From a virus, in the IMG/VR virus record IMGVR_UViG_3300029554_000001: a stretch of 64,000 nt of DNA; one strand, 5' to 3'. A program made the translations under genes and the position numbers. Below the pieces are notes generated by a model. It saw only the letters and a list, made by a program, of their open reading frames with translations. It did not search any database and had not been told where the DNA came from. Shown in pieces: positions 10,993 to 21,346 of the stretch (positions within the stretch are counted from its first letter, which is position 1; each line of letters opens with the position of its first letter).

Positions 10993-11535
10993 ATGGCTCT
11001 CCCTAATTATAATAAGCTCGTTATAGGAGATACTGAAACTACTGGATTTAAAGAAAATAGAATTGTTAGTATTGCAATTTTAGTGTATGAAAACGGCAAA
11101 AAAATTGCTGATAAATATATATTAGTAAATCCGTAGACCTAGATTGAAAGTGGAGCATCTAAAGTTAATGGTATCACTTATGATACTATTAAAAATTGCC
11201 CTACATTTGACGAAGTTTGGGAAGAAATAAAAGATTATATGACAGATAGTGTTTGGATTTTTCATAATGCTAAATATGATGCTAACAAAGTAATCTATCC
11301 AGAATTAAAAAGATATCACATTCCAATTCCAAATCATGCTGTTTGTTGTACCTTAGAAAATGCGAAACGTTTAATTCCAAAAGCAGAAGTAGCTAATTAT
11401 AAATTAGGGACTTTGCTTGAACATTTTGGCTATACTTTAGAAAATGCTCATAGCGCAGATGCAGATACTTGGGGTTGTATGAAATTATATAATTAGTTAG
11501 TTAAATTATCTGATGGTAATTTAGATGTTACATAA
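10993..11535 (+). CDS. DnaQ-like DEDDh 3'-5' exonuclease (3 in-frame TAG)
   Basis: Exo I VIGDTETTG, Exo II IFHNAKYDANK, Exo III HSADADTWG. TAGs at 11134, 11140 and 11494 join the fragments in one frame. True stop is TAA 11533. Confidence 0.8.
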
Positions 11536-11558
11536 AAGGACAAAAGGAGATTGATGTT

Positions 11559-11762
11559 ATGGTTGTTTTGTATACCACTAATTGCCCTCGTTGTATTGTT
11601 TTAGAAAAAAAACTTAAGCAAAAGGGAATTGAATTTGAAGCCAGAACTGATTTCGATATAAAGGAAATGATTAAAAAGGGTTTTGCTTCTGCTCCATTAC
11701 TTGAAGTTGATGGAGAAATTATGGCTTTTAATGAAGCAAATCAATGGATTAATAATAATTAA
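11559..11762 (+). CDS. Glutaredoxin/NrdH-like redoxin
   Basis: 67 aa with a CPRC motif at the start of a thioredoxin-fold-sized protein. Immediately upstream of nrdD. Confidence 0.65.
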   Translation: MVVLYTTNCPRCIVLEKKLKQKGIEFEARTDFDIKEMIKKGFASAPLLEVDGEIMAFNEANQWINNN

Positions 11763-11780
11763 AAAGGAGGAAAATTTTAT

Positions 11781-13709
11781 ATGGACATTTCACTTCGTTT
11801 AACAAAAGATTTTGAAAGATGCCTTGAAGATTTAAAAAAGAAATATGGTGAAGATTTCGAATATATTAATGGGGTTCATTCTAGTTAGTTAGATTTTTCA
11901 GAATTCTTAGATAAATTCGTAAATCAAAGCACAATGGCAGATGCTACTATCGACCCTAATGCAAATGCTAGCCATAGAGATATTCGTTCTTTTATGACTG
12001 AAAAGGGGAAGAGTGAAGATAAGCTTTTTGGTTTAAATAAAATTTTCCTTGAAATTAAGAAAAAATGGGGGCTGCGTACTGCTAAAGCTTGGTTAGAATA
12101 GGAATTTAGCAAGGGTTTTTATCTTAACGATTCTGCTACGGCAAGTTATTTTCCCTATTGCTGGGCAAACGATTTAACTCGTTTGGCAAGAGAGGGATTA
12201 TTTTTCCTTGGAGGATATAATAATCAGCCTCCTAAACATTTGGACACATATTTTGATGATGTTATTGAGTTTGTTTCGTTCCTCAGTAACCGTCAATCTC
12301 GGGCCGTTGGTCTCCCAAATGTAATTATTTGGGCTTATTATTTCTGGAAAATGGATATAAAGAATGGGCATTATTTTAAAGACCCAGATACTTATTTAAG
12401 ACAATATTTTCAGAAATTTGTTTACAGATTAAATCAGCCATTCCTTAGAATTGACTAGTGCGCTTTTACAAATGTAAGTATTTTTGACCGTCCTTATCTT
12501 GAATCTTTGTTTGGTGGTTTGGAATTCCCAGATGGGTCTTTCGCTATTGACCAAATTGAAGAAATTATGAAGTGCCAGCGTTTATTTATGGATGTAGTAA
12601 GTGATATTCGCAGTGAAAACATGTTTACTTTCCCTGTTTTAACTTATTCTTTACTTTATAAAGATGGCAAATTTGAAGATGAAGAAACTGCTCGATGGGC
12701 TTGTTATCATAACATTAAGTGGTCTGATTCTAATTTCTTTGTATCTGATAATGTTGGAGTACTTTCAAATTGTTGTCGTTTGCTTTCTGACACTCAAAAG
12801 CTTGATGCTTTTGTTAATTCTATTGGTGGTACAGCATTGTCTGTTGGGTCTTGTCGTGTGAGTACAATTAATCTTATGCGCATTGCATATGAGACTAAAT
12901 TTAATAAAAAGAAATATATTGAACTTCTTAAAGACCGTGTACTTTTGGATTGTAAGGCATTAACTAGTATGCGTCACATTTTAGAGCGCAATATAGAAAA
13001 AGGTTTACTTCCTAACTATCAAGAAGGAGCAGTCGAACTTGACAAGCAATATTGTACTATTGGTATTCTTGGAATGTATGAAGTTATTGATTCTTTTGGA
13101 TTAATTAATACTGACGAGTTTGGTAATAAATATTATACAGAAGAGGGATTGGAATTTGCTTGCCAGATTCTTGATACTATCAATGAAGTAAAAGATAATT
13201 TTGAATGTGATTTTTCTTTTAATGTTGAATCTATTCCTCGGGAAAATTGCGCTGGTGTAATTTGTACCGCAGATAATCTCTTGTTTGAGCAAGATAAATA
13301 TTTTATTTACTCAAATTAGTGGGTCTCATTAACCGAACAATGCACTATTAAAGAAAAGTGTCGTTTAGGAAGCGTACTTGATGAAAAATGTGGTGGCGGC
13401 TGCATTGCTCATATTGATATTGAAAATCGTTTTGCAACAAAAGAAAGTGCTTGGGATATGCTTAATTACATTGCTTCTAAAGGTGTAATTTATTTTGCGT
13501 TTACAACTAAAATTAATGTTTGTGAAGATAAACATTCTTTCATTGGAACTCAAACATGTCCTATTTGTGGAAAGCCTGTAGCAGACCAATATGCAAGAGT
13601 AGTAGGTTTTTATACTCCAGTAAGTAGTTATCAAAAGATTAGAAAAAAGGAATTTAATTTAAGACGTTGGTATAATGTTTTAGATGCAGATTCTATTATG
13701 AAAGGATAA
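11781..13709 (+). CDS. nrdD: Anaerobic (class III) ribonucleoside-triphosphate reductase (4 in-frame TAG)
   Basis: Four track ORFs (12183, 12507, 13458 plus the 5' part) share one frame with ATG 11781. They are joined by TAGs at 11886, 12099, 12456 and 13317. C-terminal Zn ribbon CPICG and glycyl-radical region RVVGFYTP. Confidence 0.85.
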
Positions 13710-13713
13710 ATTT

Positions 13714-14208
13714 ATGGAAGAGAAGATTCATCTTAAAGGTGTTGTCATGGAGGACTTTGTTAATTATGCGAAGCCCTCCCTCTTCCTTATCACTTGTAAA
13801 TGTGATTGGAAATGTTGTCATGAAGCTAATATTCCAATTACTGTATGTCAAAATGAACCTGTGGTAAGACAAGCTACTAAAGAATTTTTAATTTCTTCTA
13901 TTTATAAAGCTTATATAGATAATGAAATTACAAAGGCAGTCGTAATAGGAGGTTTAGAGCCTATGTTGCAATTTGAAGAAGTTTTGTCTTTGTTGGATTA
14001 TTTTAGAAAGCAAAATTGTAATGATGACTTTGTAATTTATACGGGATATTATAAAGAAGAAATAGGAAAAGAAATTGAGCAATTAAAAAAATATCCCAAT
14101 GTAGTTTTAAAATATGGTCGTTACAAACCAAATTCAATTTCACGTTATGATGATGTTTTACAAATTACATTAGTTTCTGATAACCAATATGCAGAGAGGA
14201 TATCTTAA
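13714..14208 (+). CDS. nrdG: NrdG-like anaerobic RNR activase (atypical Cys motif)
   Basis: Positioned after nrdD. GGLEPM and VIYTGYY match NrdG GGDP / TGY. The Cys cluster is CKCDWKCC rather than the canonical CX3CX2C. Confidence 0.55.
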   Translation: MEEKIHLKGVVMEDFVNYAKPSLFLITCKCDWKCCHEANIPITVCQNEPVVRQATKEFLISSIYKAYIDNEITKAVVIGGLEPMLQFEEVLSLLDYFRKQNCNDDFVIYTGYYKEEIGKEIEQLKKYPNVVLKYGRYKPNSISRYDDVLQITLVSDNQYAERIS

Positions 14209-14417
14209 TGTTAAAAATTGTATTGAATGATGACAAAGATTTAGTAGACGAAACAAATCGTCAGCTTGTAGAAATGAAAGAGAAATATGGAAAACAATAT
14301 TGTCCATGTGGTTTAACTCGAACTGATGATATGGTTTGTATTTGCAAAGCCTTTAGAGAACAAAATTATGCTGGTGAATGTAATTGCGGAAAATATAAAA
14401 AGATAGAAGTTGATTAA
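14208..14417 (+). CDS. Small Cys-rich protein (CPC..CIC..CNC)
   Basis: 69-aa ORF overlapping the upstream stop (TAATG). Seven Cys arranged in paired motifs. Confidence 0.6.
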   Translation: MLKIVLNDDKDLVDETNRQLVEMKEKYGKQYCPCGLTRTDDMVCICKAFREQNYAGECNCGKYKKIEVD

Positions 14418-14440
14418 GGGGTATTATACCCCTTTCAACT
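14416..14440 (+). terminator. Terminator-like hairpin
   Basis: AAGGGGTA-TTA-TACCCCTT followed by a T-rich tract. Confidence 0.5.
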
Positions 14441-14456
14441 TATTTCTTATAACTTC

Positions 14457-14485
14457 TTGACAAGACAAAATTTATTTGTTATAAT
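14457..14485 (+). promoter_or_regulatory. sigma70-like promoter
   Basis: TTGACA, 17 nt spacer, TATAAT. Confidence 0.65.
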
Positions 14486-14552
14486 GTCATTAAGTAAGAA
14501 TAGATAAATGTATTTATATATTGTTACTTATTTACATTAAGGAAGGTAAATT

Positions 14553-15368
14553 ATGAATTTAGAAAAAGTTAACAACAGAGTTCATTCAGATTATGAATTT
14601 TTGAATGAACTTGGATATAATGTAGTCGGCGTATTTGTTTATGGTAGTAATAATTACGGAATGGCTACGGAACATTCTGATGTTGACACAAAAGCAATTG
14701 TGCTTCCTCATTTTGATGATATTGTTGATTCTAAAGATTGGGTTAGTAAAGAATATCATCGAGATGAAGATGGAGGAAAGCTTGAAGTTAAAGACATTCG
14801 CTTAATGTTTAATAGTTATTTAAAACAAAACATTAATTTTACAGAAACTTTATTTACTAAATATTTTGAGCTTAATCCTGAATATGCTGGACTGTGGTTG
14901 GGGGCTGTTGTTAAAAATAGAGAAGCTATTGCGCATTATTGTCCTCACAAAGCTGTATTAACAATGTATGGTAACATGAAAACAAAATACAAACAAATGT
15001 TTCATAGAGCCCCTCACAATGAATTTGATATTGATAATTATGGATATGGGTTGAAGGATTTTCATCATATTGCAAGATTAGCAGATTTTATTAAAAGATA
15101 TATAGCAGATGAACCATATGAAAAAATTTTAATTCCTAAAAATCCAGAATTATTAATTAGTTATAAAACCACTCCTATTCCAGTTGAAGATGCTAAAAGA
15201 ATTGCAGAAAACTTAATTACCGAAGCAGAAGTTTTGGTAGATGAATATGTAATGGATAAGCATTTTGAGACTAACAAAGAAGTAGAAGATGTTTTAAGAA
15301 ATGTACAAAGGACAATGATAGCTAATTTTTTAAAGAAAGAGCTTTTAGAAAGTGAGACTAAATTATGA
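14553..15368 (+). CDS. Pol-beta superfamily nucleotidyltransferase (RlaP/PF10127-like)
   Basis: VYGSNNYGMATEHSDVDTKAIV matches the GS..YG....SD.D NTase signature. The roughly 270 aa size is typical of RNA-ligase-associated NTases. Confidence 0.55.
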   Translation: MNLEKVNNRVHSDYEFLNELGYNVVGVFVYGSNNYGMATEHSDVDTKAIVLPHFDDIVDSKDWVSKEYHRDEDGGKLEVKDIRLMFNSYLKQNINFTETLFTKYFELNPEYAGLWLGAVVKNREAIAHYCPHKAVLTMYGNMKTKYKQMFHRAPHNEFDIDNYGYGLKDFHHIARLADFIKRYIADEPYEKILIPKNPELLISYKTTPIPVEDAKRIAENLITEAEVLVDEYVMDKHFETNKEVEDVLRNVQRTMIANFLKKELLESETKL

Positions 15369-15442
15369 GTTATGCAGTAGTTGGTATTTTAGTTGTTTGG
15401 GTTGTTTTATCTTTTCTTATTATGAGCACAATTGACAAGTAA
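15365..15442 (+). CDS. Possible 25-aa hydrophobic peptide
   Basis: ATGA overlap with the upstream stop. Sequence MSYAVVGILVVWVVLSFLIMSTIDK. Confidence 0.3.
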   Translation: MSYAVVGILVVWVVLSFLIMSTIDK

Positions 15443-17430
15443 TGGAGATTAATATGAATAATTACGAAAATATTGCACGCATTAAGGAATTAACGAGTTT
15501 GTTAAATAAGTATCGAGATAAATATTATAATTATAGCGAATCTCTGGTTTCTGATGCAGAATATGATAAGCTGTTTGACGAATTGCGTGAATTAGAAACA
15601 GAAGAGAATTTTATTCTTTCAAATTCTCCCACTCAAACTGTTGGCTATGAAACTGTTGATTCGCTAAAAAAGGTTAAACATGACCATTTAATGCTTTCAC
15701 TTGATAAAACAAAAAGTTGTCAGGATTTGCTTAATTTTGCAGAAGATAGAGAAGTAGCTTTATCTATGAAGTTAGACGGTCTTACTATGTCTGTTAAATA
15801 TGAAAATGGCAAGCTTGTTTCTGCTGAAACTCGTGGCAATGGTGTTGAAGGCACTGATGTTCTTAATAATGCCAAAGTTATGAAGAATCTTCCTTTAACT
15901 ATTGATAGCGAAGAAACCCTTGTTATTGATGGTGAATGTATTATTCTTAGAGAAGATTTTGAACGAATTAACGCAGAACTTCCTGATGGAGAGCAATATG
16001 CTACTCAGCGCAACCTTGCAAGTGGTAGTCTTTCTCTTTTGGACAATAAAATTACGTCTCAGAGAGGTCTTCAATTTTGGGCTTGGAGTTTGATTGAGGG
16101 AACTACGGGTAGTTTTAGAAAAGATATGAATAAGCTTCAGTCTTTGGGATTTACTATTGTTCCCTGTATTTATTTCAATGGTGGTAATGTTGACCTTTAT
16201 GGAATTGAAGATTTAACTATTAAATTGAAACAGACTGCTGATAAGAAAGGCATTCCTGTTGATGGCTGTGTTATTACTTATGATGACATTGCTTATGGTT
16301 TAAGTCTTGGTAACACTGGTCATCATTTCCGTAAGAGTTTAGCTTTTAAGTATGAAGATGAAACTGCTGGAACTATTCTTAGAGACATTGAATGGGCAGT
16401 TGGTAAAACTGGCGTAATTACTCCTACTGCTGTGTTTGAGTCTGTTATTCTTGATAATACAGAAGTAAGTCGCGCATCTGTTCATAATATTAGTATTATC
16501 AAGTCTCTTGGTTTGAGAAAAAATTGTACTGTTAAAGTTGCAAAAATGAACATGATTATTCCCCAGATTGTTTTTTGTAACAAAGATGGTGATGCAGATT
16601 TTGAAATTCCAAAGACTTGCCCGTGCTGTGGTAAGCCTACTACAACTAAAATTTCTGAATCTGGTGCTGAGACTCTTTGGTGCGAAAATCCAGATTGCCC
16701 TGAAAAAAATTTAGCTAAGTTTGTTCAGTTTGTATCTAAGCCAGCAATGAATATTGATGGTTTAAGTGAAGCTACCCTTAAGAGATTTATTGATGCTGGG
16801 TATGTTAAGAAGTATGCAGACCTTTATCATCTTGATAAGTATAAAAACGAAATTATTGAGATGGATGGTTTTGGGGAAAAGTCTTATAGTAAGTTAATTG
16901 AATCTATTGAAAAGTCTCGCCATGTTAAACTTGAAAATCTTCTTGTCGCTTTAAGTATTCCCAATATTGGCAAGACAGCGGCAAAGGAAATCAGTAAACA
17001 TTTTAATGGAGATTGGGTGGCTTTTGAAGAAGCTCTTGATTTTAATAATTTTGATTTCTCTACTTTAGATGGCTTTGGTGAAACAATGTCTCAGGCTATG
17101 CATAACTGGTGGAATAGTGAAGATTTATTGTTTACAAATCTTATTTTTGAATTAAATTTAGTTTGGGATAAGCCAGTACAGATTGCAACGAATGAGTTTA
17201 TCAATGGTAAAACTTTCTGTGTTACAGGTGCTTTTAATACCATGAAACGTTCGGAAATCGAAAAGATTATTACTGATAATTGTGGTAAGTTAACTGGTTC
17301 TGTTTCTAAAAAAACTGATTATCTTTTAACGAACGAAGCTAATAGTGGTTCATCTAAAGCTAAGAAAGCCGCTGAATTAGGGACTTCTATTATGAACGAA
17401 GAAGAATTTTTGAAAAGGATTGGAAAATAA
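15442..17430 (+). CDS. ligA: NAD-dependent DNA ligase
   Basis: Adenylation motif SMKLDGLT, Zn finger CPCCG...C..PDC, HhH region, and a C-terminal BRCT-like FCVTGAF...KTDYLL. Confidence 0.9.
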   Translation: MEINMNNYENIARIKELTSLLNKYRDKYYNYSESLVSDAEYDKLFDELRELETEENFILSNSPTQTVGYETVDSLKKVKHDHLMLSLDKTKSCQDLLNFAEDREVALSMKLDGLTMSVKYENGKLVSAETRGNGVEGTDVLNNAKVMKNLPLTIDSEETLVIDGECIILREDFERINAELPDGEQYATQRNLASGSLSLLDNKITSQRGLQFWAWSLIEGTTGSFRKDMNKLQSLGFTIVPCIYFNGGNVDLYGIEDLTIKLKQTADKKGIPVDGCVITYDDIAYGLSLGNTGHHFRKSLAFKYEDETAGTILRDIEWAVGKTGVITPTAVFESVILDNTEVSRASVHNISIIKSLGLRKNCTVKVAKMNMIIPQIVFCNKDGDADFEIPKTCPCCGKPTTTKISESGAETLWCENPDCPEKNLAKFVQFVSKPAMNIDGLSEATLKRFIDAGYVKKYADLYHLDKYKNEIIEMDGFGEKSYSKLIESIEKSRHVKLENLLVALSIPNIGKTAAKEISKHFNGDWVAFEEALDFNNFDFSTLDGFGETMSQAMHNWWNSEDLLFTNLIFELNLVWDKPVQIATNEFINGKTFCVTGAFNTMKRSEIEKIITDNCGKLTGSVSKKTDYLLTNEANSGSSKAKKAAELGTSIMNEEEFLKRIGK

Positions 17431-17431
17431 T

Positions 17432-17866
17432 ATGGAAGCAATTAAAAATTTTTTTGATGCCTATGCTTTTCTCTCTAATTTTTATAATGCACCTGTAAGT
17501 TATAATGGCTTAACCTATCACAATTCAGAAGCAGCGTTTCAAGCACAAAAAGAAATTAGAGATGAAGACCGTAAAAAATATATTTTCATGAATCCAGCTC
17601 AAGCAAAACTTGCTGGTAGGAATTGTAAGTTGCGTAAAGATTGGGAAGATATTAAAGAGCAAACAATGTATGAAATTGTTAGTGCAAAATTTACTCAGAA
17701 CAAAAATCTCGCCAAACTTCTTCTTGATACTGGTGACGCTTATCTTGAAGAGGGAAATTGGTGGCATGATACTACATGGGGAGTTTGCAATGGTGTTGGA
17801 GAAAATAAGTTAGGAAAGATTCTTATGCGCGTAAGAGAAGAACTTGATGGAGGAATTTGGGAATGA
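17432..17866 (+). CDS. NADAR (YbiA/DUF1768) family protein
   Basis: FLSNFY...YHNSEAAFQAQK...WG signature of NADAR ADP-ribose-processing enzymes. Confidence 0.75.
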   Translation: MEAIKNFFDAYAFLSNFYNAPVSYNGLTYHNSEAAFQAQKEIRDEDRKKYIFMNPAQAKLAGRNCKLRKDWEDIKEQTMYEIVSAKFTQNKNLAKLLLDTGDAYLEEGNWWHDTTWGVCNGVGENKLGKILMRVREELDGGIWE

Positions 17867-18294
17867 ATAGTCAGATGGCTAATAAAGTAGACCATACTAT
17901 TGATGGTAAATGTTCTGGATGTGGAGCTTGTTGTTCTGCAATTCTTTGTGTAAGTGATGCAGAAGTAAAGAAGATTAAAAAGTATCTTGGTCAGCATCCA
18001 GAAGTAAAAATGATTAATCGTAATACTGCTTTAGATAAAGATTTTAAAGATATTTGTCCTTTTTTGAACAAGGAAAACAAGTGCCAAATTTATGAAGTAC
18101 GACCTGAGATTTGTTCTCGTTTTATTTGTTCTGCTTTTAAGGATACTTCTATTCCTCCTCTTAATCATAGAAATAAGAGAATCATTAATATGATTACTAC
18201 ATTTATGGGAGAAAAGACTTGTCCAAATGCTCCTGACCTCGTAGGGTTGAATAAGTTTTATGAAAGTAAAAAGAAAGAGGTTTATGGGAAATGA
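17857..18294 (+). CDS. YkgJ-family Zn/Fe-S cluster protein
   Basis: CSGCGACCS ... CPFL..ENKCQIYEVRPEICSRF (CxxCxxCC family pattern). Confidence 0.7.
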   Translation: MGMNSQMANKVDHTIDGKCSGCGACCSAILCVSDAEVKKIKKYLGQHPEVKMINRNTALDKDFKDICPFLNKENKCQIYEVRPEICSRFICSAFKDTSIPPLNHRNKRIINMITTFMGEKTCPNAPDLVGLNKFYESKKKEVYGK

Positions 18295-18560
18295 CAATTA
18301 AATATTGTTGTGAAAAGTGTGGAAAAGAGTTTTAGTCTTTAGGCGAATGTTATTTACATGAGAGAAAATGTATTGACGGGATAGATGGAAAGAAAGCCGT
18401 TTTAATGCTTGAAGAATTAAGTTATCCTTATGGGCAAGCTGTTTGTAAACATTGTGATAATCATTATATGGTTTATGGATGTGAGCTTTCTTGTAAGTAT
18501 GAAAGGTCTTGTAAAAAGAGAGATAATTATCCTTTCTGGAAAGAAGAGGAAAAGGAATGA
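18291..18560 (+). CDS. Small zinc-finger-like protein (1 in-frame TAG)
   Basis: ATGA overlap. CCEKCGKEF-TAG-SLGECYLHERKC, with TAG at 18333. Ends at TGA 18558. Confidence 0.55.
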
Positions 18561-18826
18561 ATTTTCCAAAAAAGCAGCCTTTAGAATCTACTAAATGGCT
18601 AAAATATAAATTTAATAGAAAAGAAGATAATATTGAAGATGCTCAGACAAATTTGTTAAACTGGACAATTCTTAGTTATAATCCTGTTCAAAAAGATTAT
18701 GTTTTAGCTGGTGTAATTACTAAAGTTACAGAAGATTATGTGGAATTTTTAGGAGACCCTTCTGTTGTTAATACCAGATGGTTTCAGGAATCGTCTGTAG
18801 GGCATAGTTTGGAGTGTTTAAGTTAA
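18557..18826 (+). CDS. Hypothetical protein
   Basis: 89-aa ORF translationally coupled to its neighbours. Confidence 0.6.
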   Translation: MNFPKKQPLESTKWLKYKFNRKEDNIEDAQTNLLNWTILSYNPVQKDYVLAGVITKVTEDYVEFLGDPSVVNTRWFQESSVGHSLECLS

Positions 18827-19437
18827 TGAATTATTATATTTCAGATTTGCACTTTGGGCATAAAAACATTATTAATTTTGACCATCGCCCATATGATACA
18901 ACAGAAGAAATGGAGCTTGGCTTAATTTCTCGTTGGAATAAACAAGTTTCAAATGCAGACCATGTATATGTACTTGGAGATTTTCTGTGGAAAGCAGGGT
19001 CAGATGAATGGATTCGTATTTTAAATAAGTTAAACGGTAATGTTCATTTAATTCAAGGCAATCATGACTGTAACCAATATTCTACAGGAGTTAGGAAAAA
19101 ATTAGCTGAAATTTGTCATTATAAAGAAGTAACTGAGACAGTTGATGGTAAACTTTATAGAGTAATTCTTTCTCATTTTGCAATTCTTTCATATTATGGG
19201 TCTTGTTATGATAATTGTTTCCATTTACATGGACATACTCATACAACCAAAGAACAAGACTTGGTAGAAGATTTTGCTAAAATGGCAAAAGAAAAATTAA
19301 AAAATTCCAATGGGAATGAATATTTAAATAGAGCACAGATGATTAATGTTGGATGTATGATGCCTTATATGAATTATACTCCACAAACTTTTGAATATCT
19401 TTTGATGAAATATAAGAAGGGAGAAATAAAGGCGTAA
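18826..19437 (+). CDS. Calcineurin-like metallophosphoesterase
   Basis: DLHFGH, GDF, GNHD and HGHTH motifs. Confidence 0.85.
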   Translation: MNYYISDLHFGHKNIINFDHRPYDTTEEMELGLISRWNKQVSNADHVYVLGDFLWKAGSDEWIRILNKLNGNVHLIQGNHDCNQYSTGVRKKLAEICHYKEVTETVDGKLYRVILSHFAILSYYGSCYDNCFHLHGHTHTTKEQDLVEDFAKMAKEKLKNSNGNEYLNRAQMINVGCMMPYMNYTPQTFEYLLMKYKKGEIKA

Positions 19438-20216
19438 TGAAAGTAACCCTTTTGAATCCTACTGTATTAGAGGATTTATATAAAAACCACGGTGAATTTG
19501 CTTGTGAATGTTATAATACAGATAAAAAATATGCTGAACGAGTGGGGAAGAAATGTGAAGATTCAGGTCACATGAGTGGTTCTCGTTGTGAATATATTAA
19601 ATTTGAAATTGAAGCAGATAGAGGCACTTTAGAACAGATGATGCGCTCTGAAATTGGAGTGCGTTATGATAATCAGGACAAGTATGCTTACATGGATTTG
19701 ATTGAAGCAATTCCCCGTGTAAGTCCTGATGAGATTGTTAAGAATCTGGCTTCATTTAGATATATTGACAAAAATAATTTTACTTATATTATACCAAGTA
19801 ATATTGAAAAAAATGAGAAAGCCAAGGCTTTGTATCAAAACCTTATGAGTAATATTGATACAACTCGTAGGCTTATTCGTGATATCCTTACTGAGAATGG
19901 TGTTAAGATTAATGCCGCAGTAGAAGATGCTAATTTTGTTTTGCCAAGAGCAACTAATACCACTTTAGCGATAGGTTTTACTCCTGAAGCTTTAATTACA
20001 TTTATGCATAAACGTTTATGTACCCGTGCTCAAGAACCTATTCGCAAAATTGCTGTTGAAATGAAAAGACAAATTGCAGGAATTAATCCAGTGTTTGCTA
20101 AAGAACTTGTTCCTCATTGTCAATATCTTCTTTGGTGTCCAGAGGGCGATAAGTGTTGTGGTAGATATCCTACTCGTGAAGAATTGAGGGATAAATTATG
20201 GAAGCAAGAATTGTAA
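19437..20216 (+). CDS. thyX: FAD-dependent thymidylate synthase-like (ThyX)
   Basis: Divergent, but HMSGSR..EY and FMHKRLCTRAQEPIRKIA resemble ThyX core segments. Nucleotide-metabolism context. Confidence 0.55.
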   Translation: MKVTLLNPTVLEDLYKNHGEFACECYNTDKKYAERVGKKCEDSGHMSGSRCEYIKFEIEADRGTLEQMMRSEIGVRYDNQDKYAYMDLIEAIPRVSPDEIVKNLASFRYIDKNNFTYIIPSNIEKNEKAKALYQNLMSNIDTTRRLIRDILTENGVKINAAVEDANFVLPRATNTTLAIGFTPEALITFMHKRLCTRAQEPIRKIAVEMKRQIAGINPVFAKELVPHCQYLLWCPEGDKCCGRYPTREELRDKLWKQEL

Positions 20217-20749
20217 TAATTAATGGCTCTGGAGGTAGTGGAAAATCTACTTTCGTAAGGTTGTGTAAAGAAATTTTAGAAAGTCAAACAAATTGGAATG
20301 TGCTGGAATTATCTACCGTAGATTGGGTAAAAGCAGTAGCTCAGTTCGCTGGATGGGATGGTAGCAAAGAAGAAAAAGATAGAAAATTTCTTCACGAATT
20401 AAAGATGGCGTTGGAAGAGTGGGATAATTCTCCCAATCAAAAAGTGTTTGACCAGATTAACACAGTGCTCAACAATGAAATGCTAAACAAAAGAAATTGG
20501 CTTTTCTTTGTTAATATTAGAGAACCTAAGTGTATTGGAGCTTTTATTAAACAAAATGAAACAGCAACAGGTTTATCTTGTAAAACTATGTTGGTTGAAA
20601 ATGCAAATGTAGCCCCTATTATTTCCAATCCTGCTGATGGAGAAGTTCATTATTATCATTATGACACAATAATTAGCAATAGCTCTGATTTAGAAAATCT
20701 TAAAAAATGGGCTCATGATTATTTAGAATACGTTCAAAAAATAATTTAA
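20198..20749 (+). CDS. P-loop NTPase (dNMP kinase-like)
   Basis: INGSGGSGKST Walker A at the N-terminus of a 183-aa protein. Confidence 0.5.
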   Translation: MEARIVIINGSGGSGKSTFVRLCKEILESQTNWNVLELSTVDWVKAVAQFAGWDGSKEEKDRKFLHELKMALEEWDNSPNQKVFDQINTVLNNEMLNKRNWLFFVNIREPKCIGAFIKQNETATGLSCKTMLVENANVAPIISNPADGEVHYYHYDTIISNSSDLENLKKWAHDYLEYVQKII

Positions 20750-20813
20750 AAAGTATTGACAATATGGTTCTACTTATGATATACTTACTCATAGGTAGAA
20801 TCATATTTTTAAT

Positions 20814-21086
20814 ATGGAGTATATTATGAAGAGAAAATTAAGTTTCATCGCTTTACAAAACATGGACGGTCATACAGTATGGGTTCATGATTTAGCAAAT
20901 GATTACTATGACCAAGAATGTATTGTAAAAGTTAATGTTGTTAGGACTATTAATCCTTTTAAGAATCAAAAAAAGAAAATTGTTGAATTTGTAGAATCTA
21001 TTGAATTAACTAATGAAGAGTTTAGATTCGTGTATGGATTAAACGGAAAATGTTTAGATGGAGAATTTGAGGTGTACGTAAAATGA
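20814..21086 (+). CDS. Hypothetical protein
   Basis: ORF downstream of TTGACA...TATACT. No family recognised. Confidence 0.6.
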   Translation: MEYIMKRKLSFIALQNMDGHTVWVHDLANDYYDQECIVKVNVVRTINPFKNQKKKIVEFVESIELTNEEFRFVYGLNGKCLDGEFEVYVK

Positions 21087-21346
21087 TTTGTCAAGTTAAT
21101 GCTTACCATTATGAAAAAGGTAATAAGGTTGTTGTTTCTCTTGGGCGTGTAGAAGAAAAGGGAACTGATATTATTCTTAACGCTCAATATCCAGAATGTT
21201 TTAAGCTTATTAAAAAATATATTGACAACAAAGGGTTTAAGAGTTATTATTATAATTGTTATGTTACTCCAGAAGGGGTTTATAATGTAGATTATGGTAG
21301 TTACTCGGATTTTTGTGAGTTTTATAAGGTGAATGATGATGAGTAA
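21083..21346 (+). CDS. Hypothetical protein
   Basis: ATGA-coupled ORF. Confidence 0.6.
   Translation: MICQVNAYHYEKGNKVVVSLGRVEEKGTDIILNAQYPECFKLIKKYIDNKGFKSYYYNCYVTPEGVYNVDYGSYSDFCEFYKVNDDE

Noticed and set aside
12664-12861. Alternative-frame plus-strand ORFs nested in genes (12664, 15902, 17610, 27533, 29780, 45345, 45735, 46320, 48156, 55731, 58293, 58587)
   Set aside because: They lie fully inside longer motif-bearing ORFs, are Leu/Ile/Val-rich in a low-complexity way, and have no RBS.
11781-13709. In-frame TAGs interpreted as pseudogenisation of nrdD, the exonuclease and the endonucleases
   Set aside because: Only TAG interrupts these frames, never TAA or TGA. Downstream segments keep conserved motifs (ExoIII, the glycyl-radical region, HNH). 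A CUA tRNA is present.
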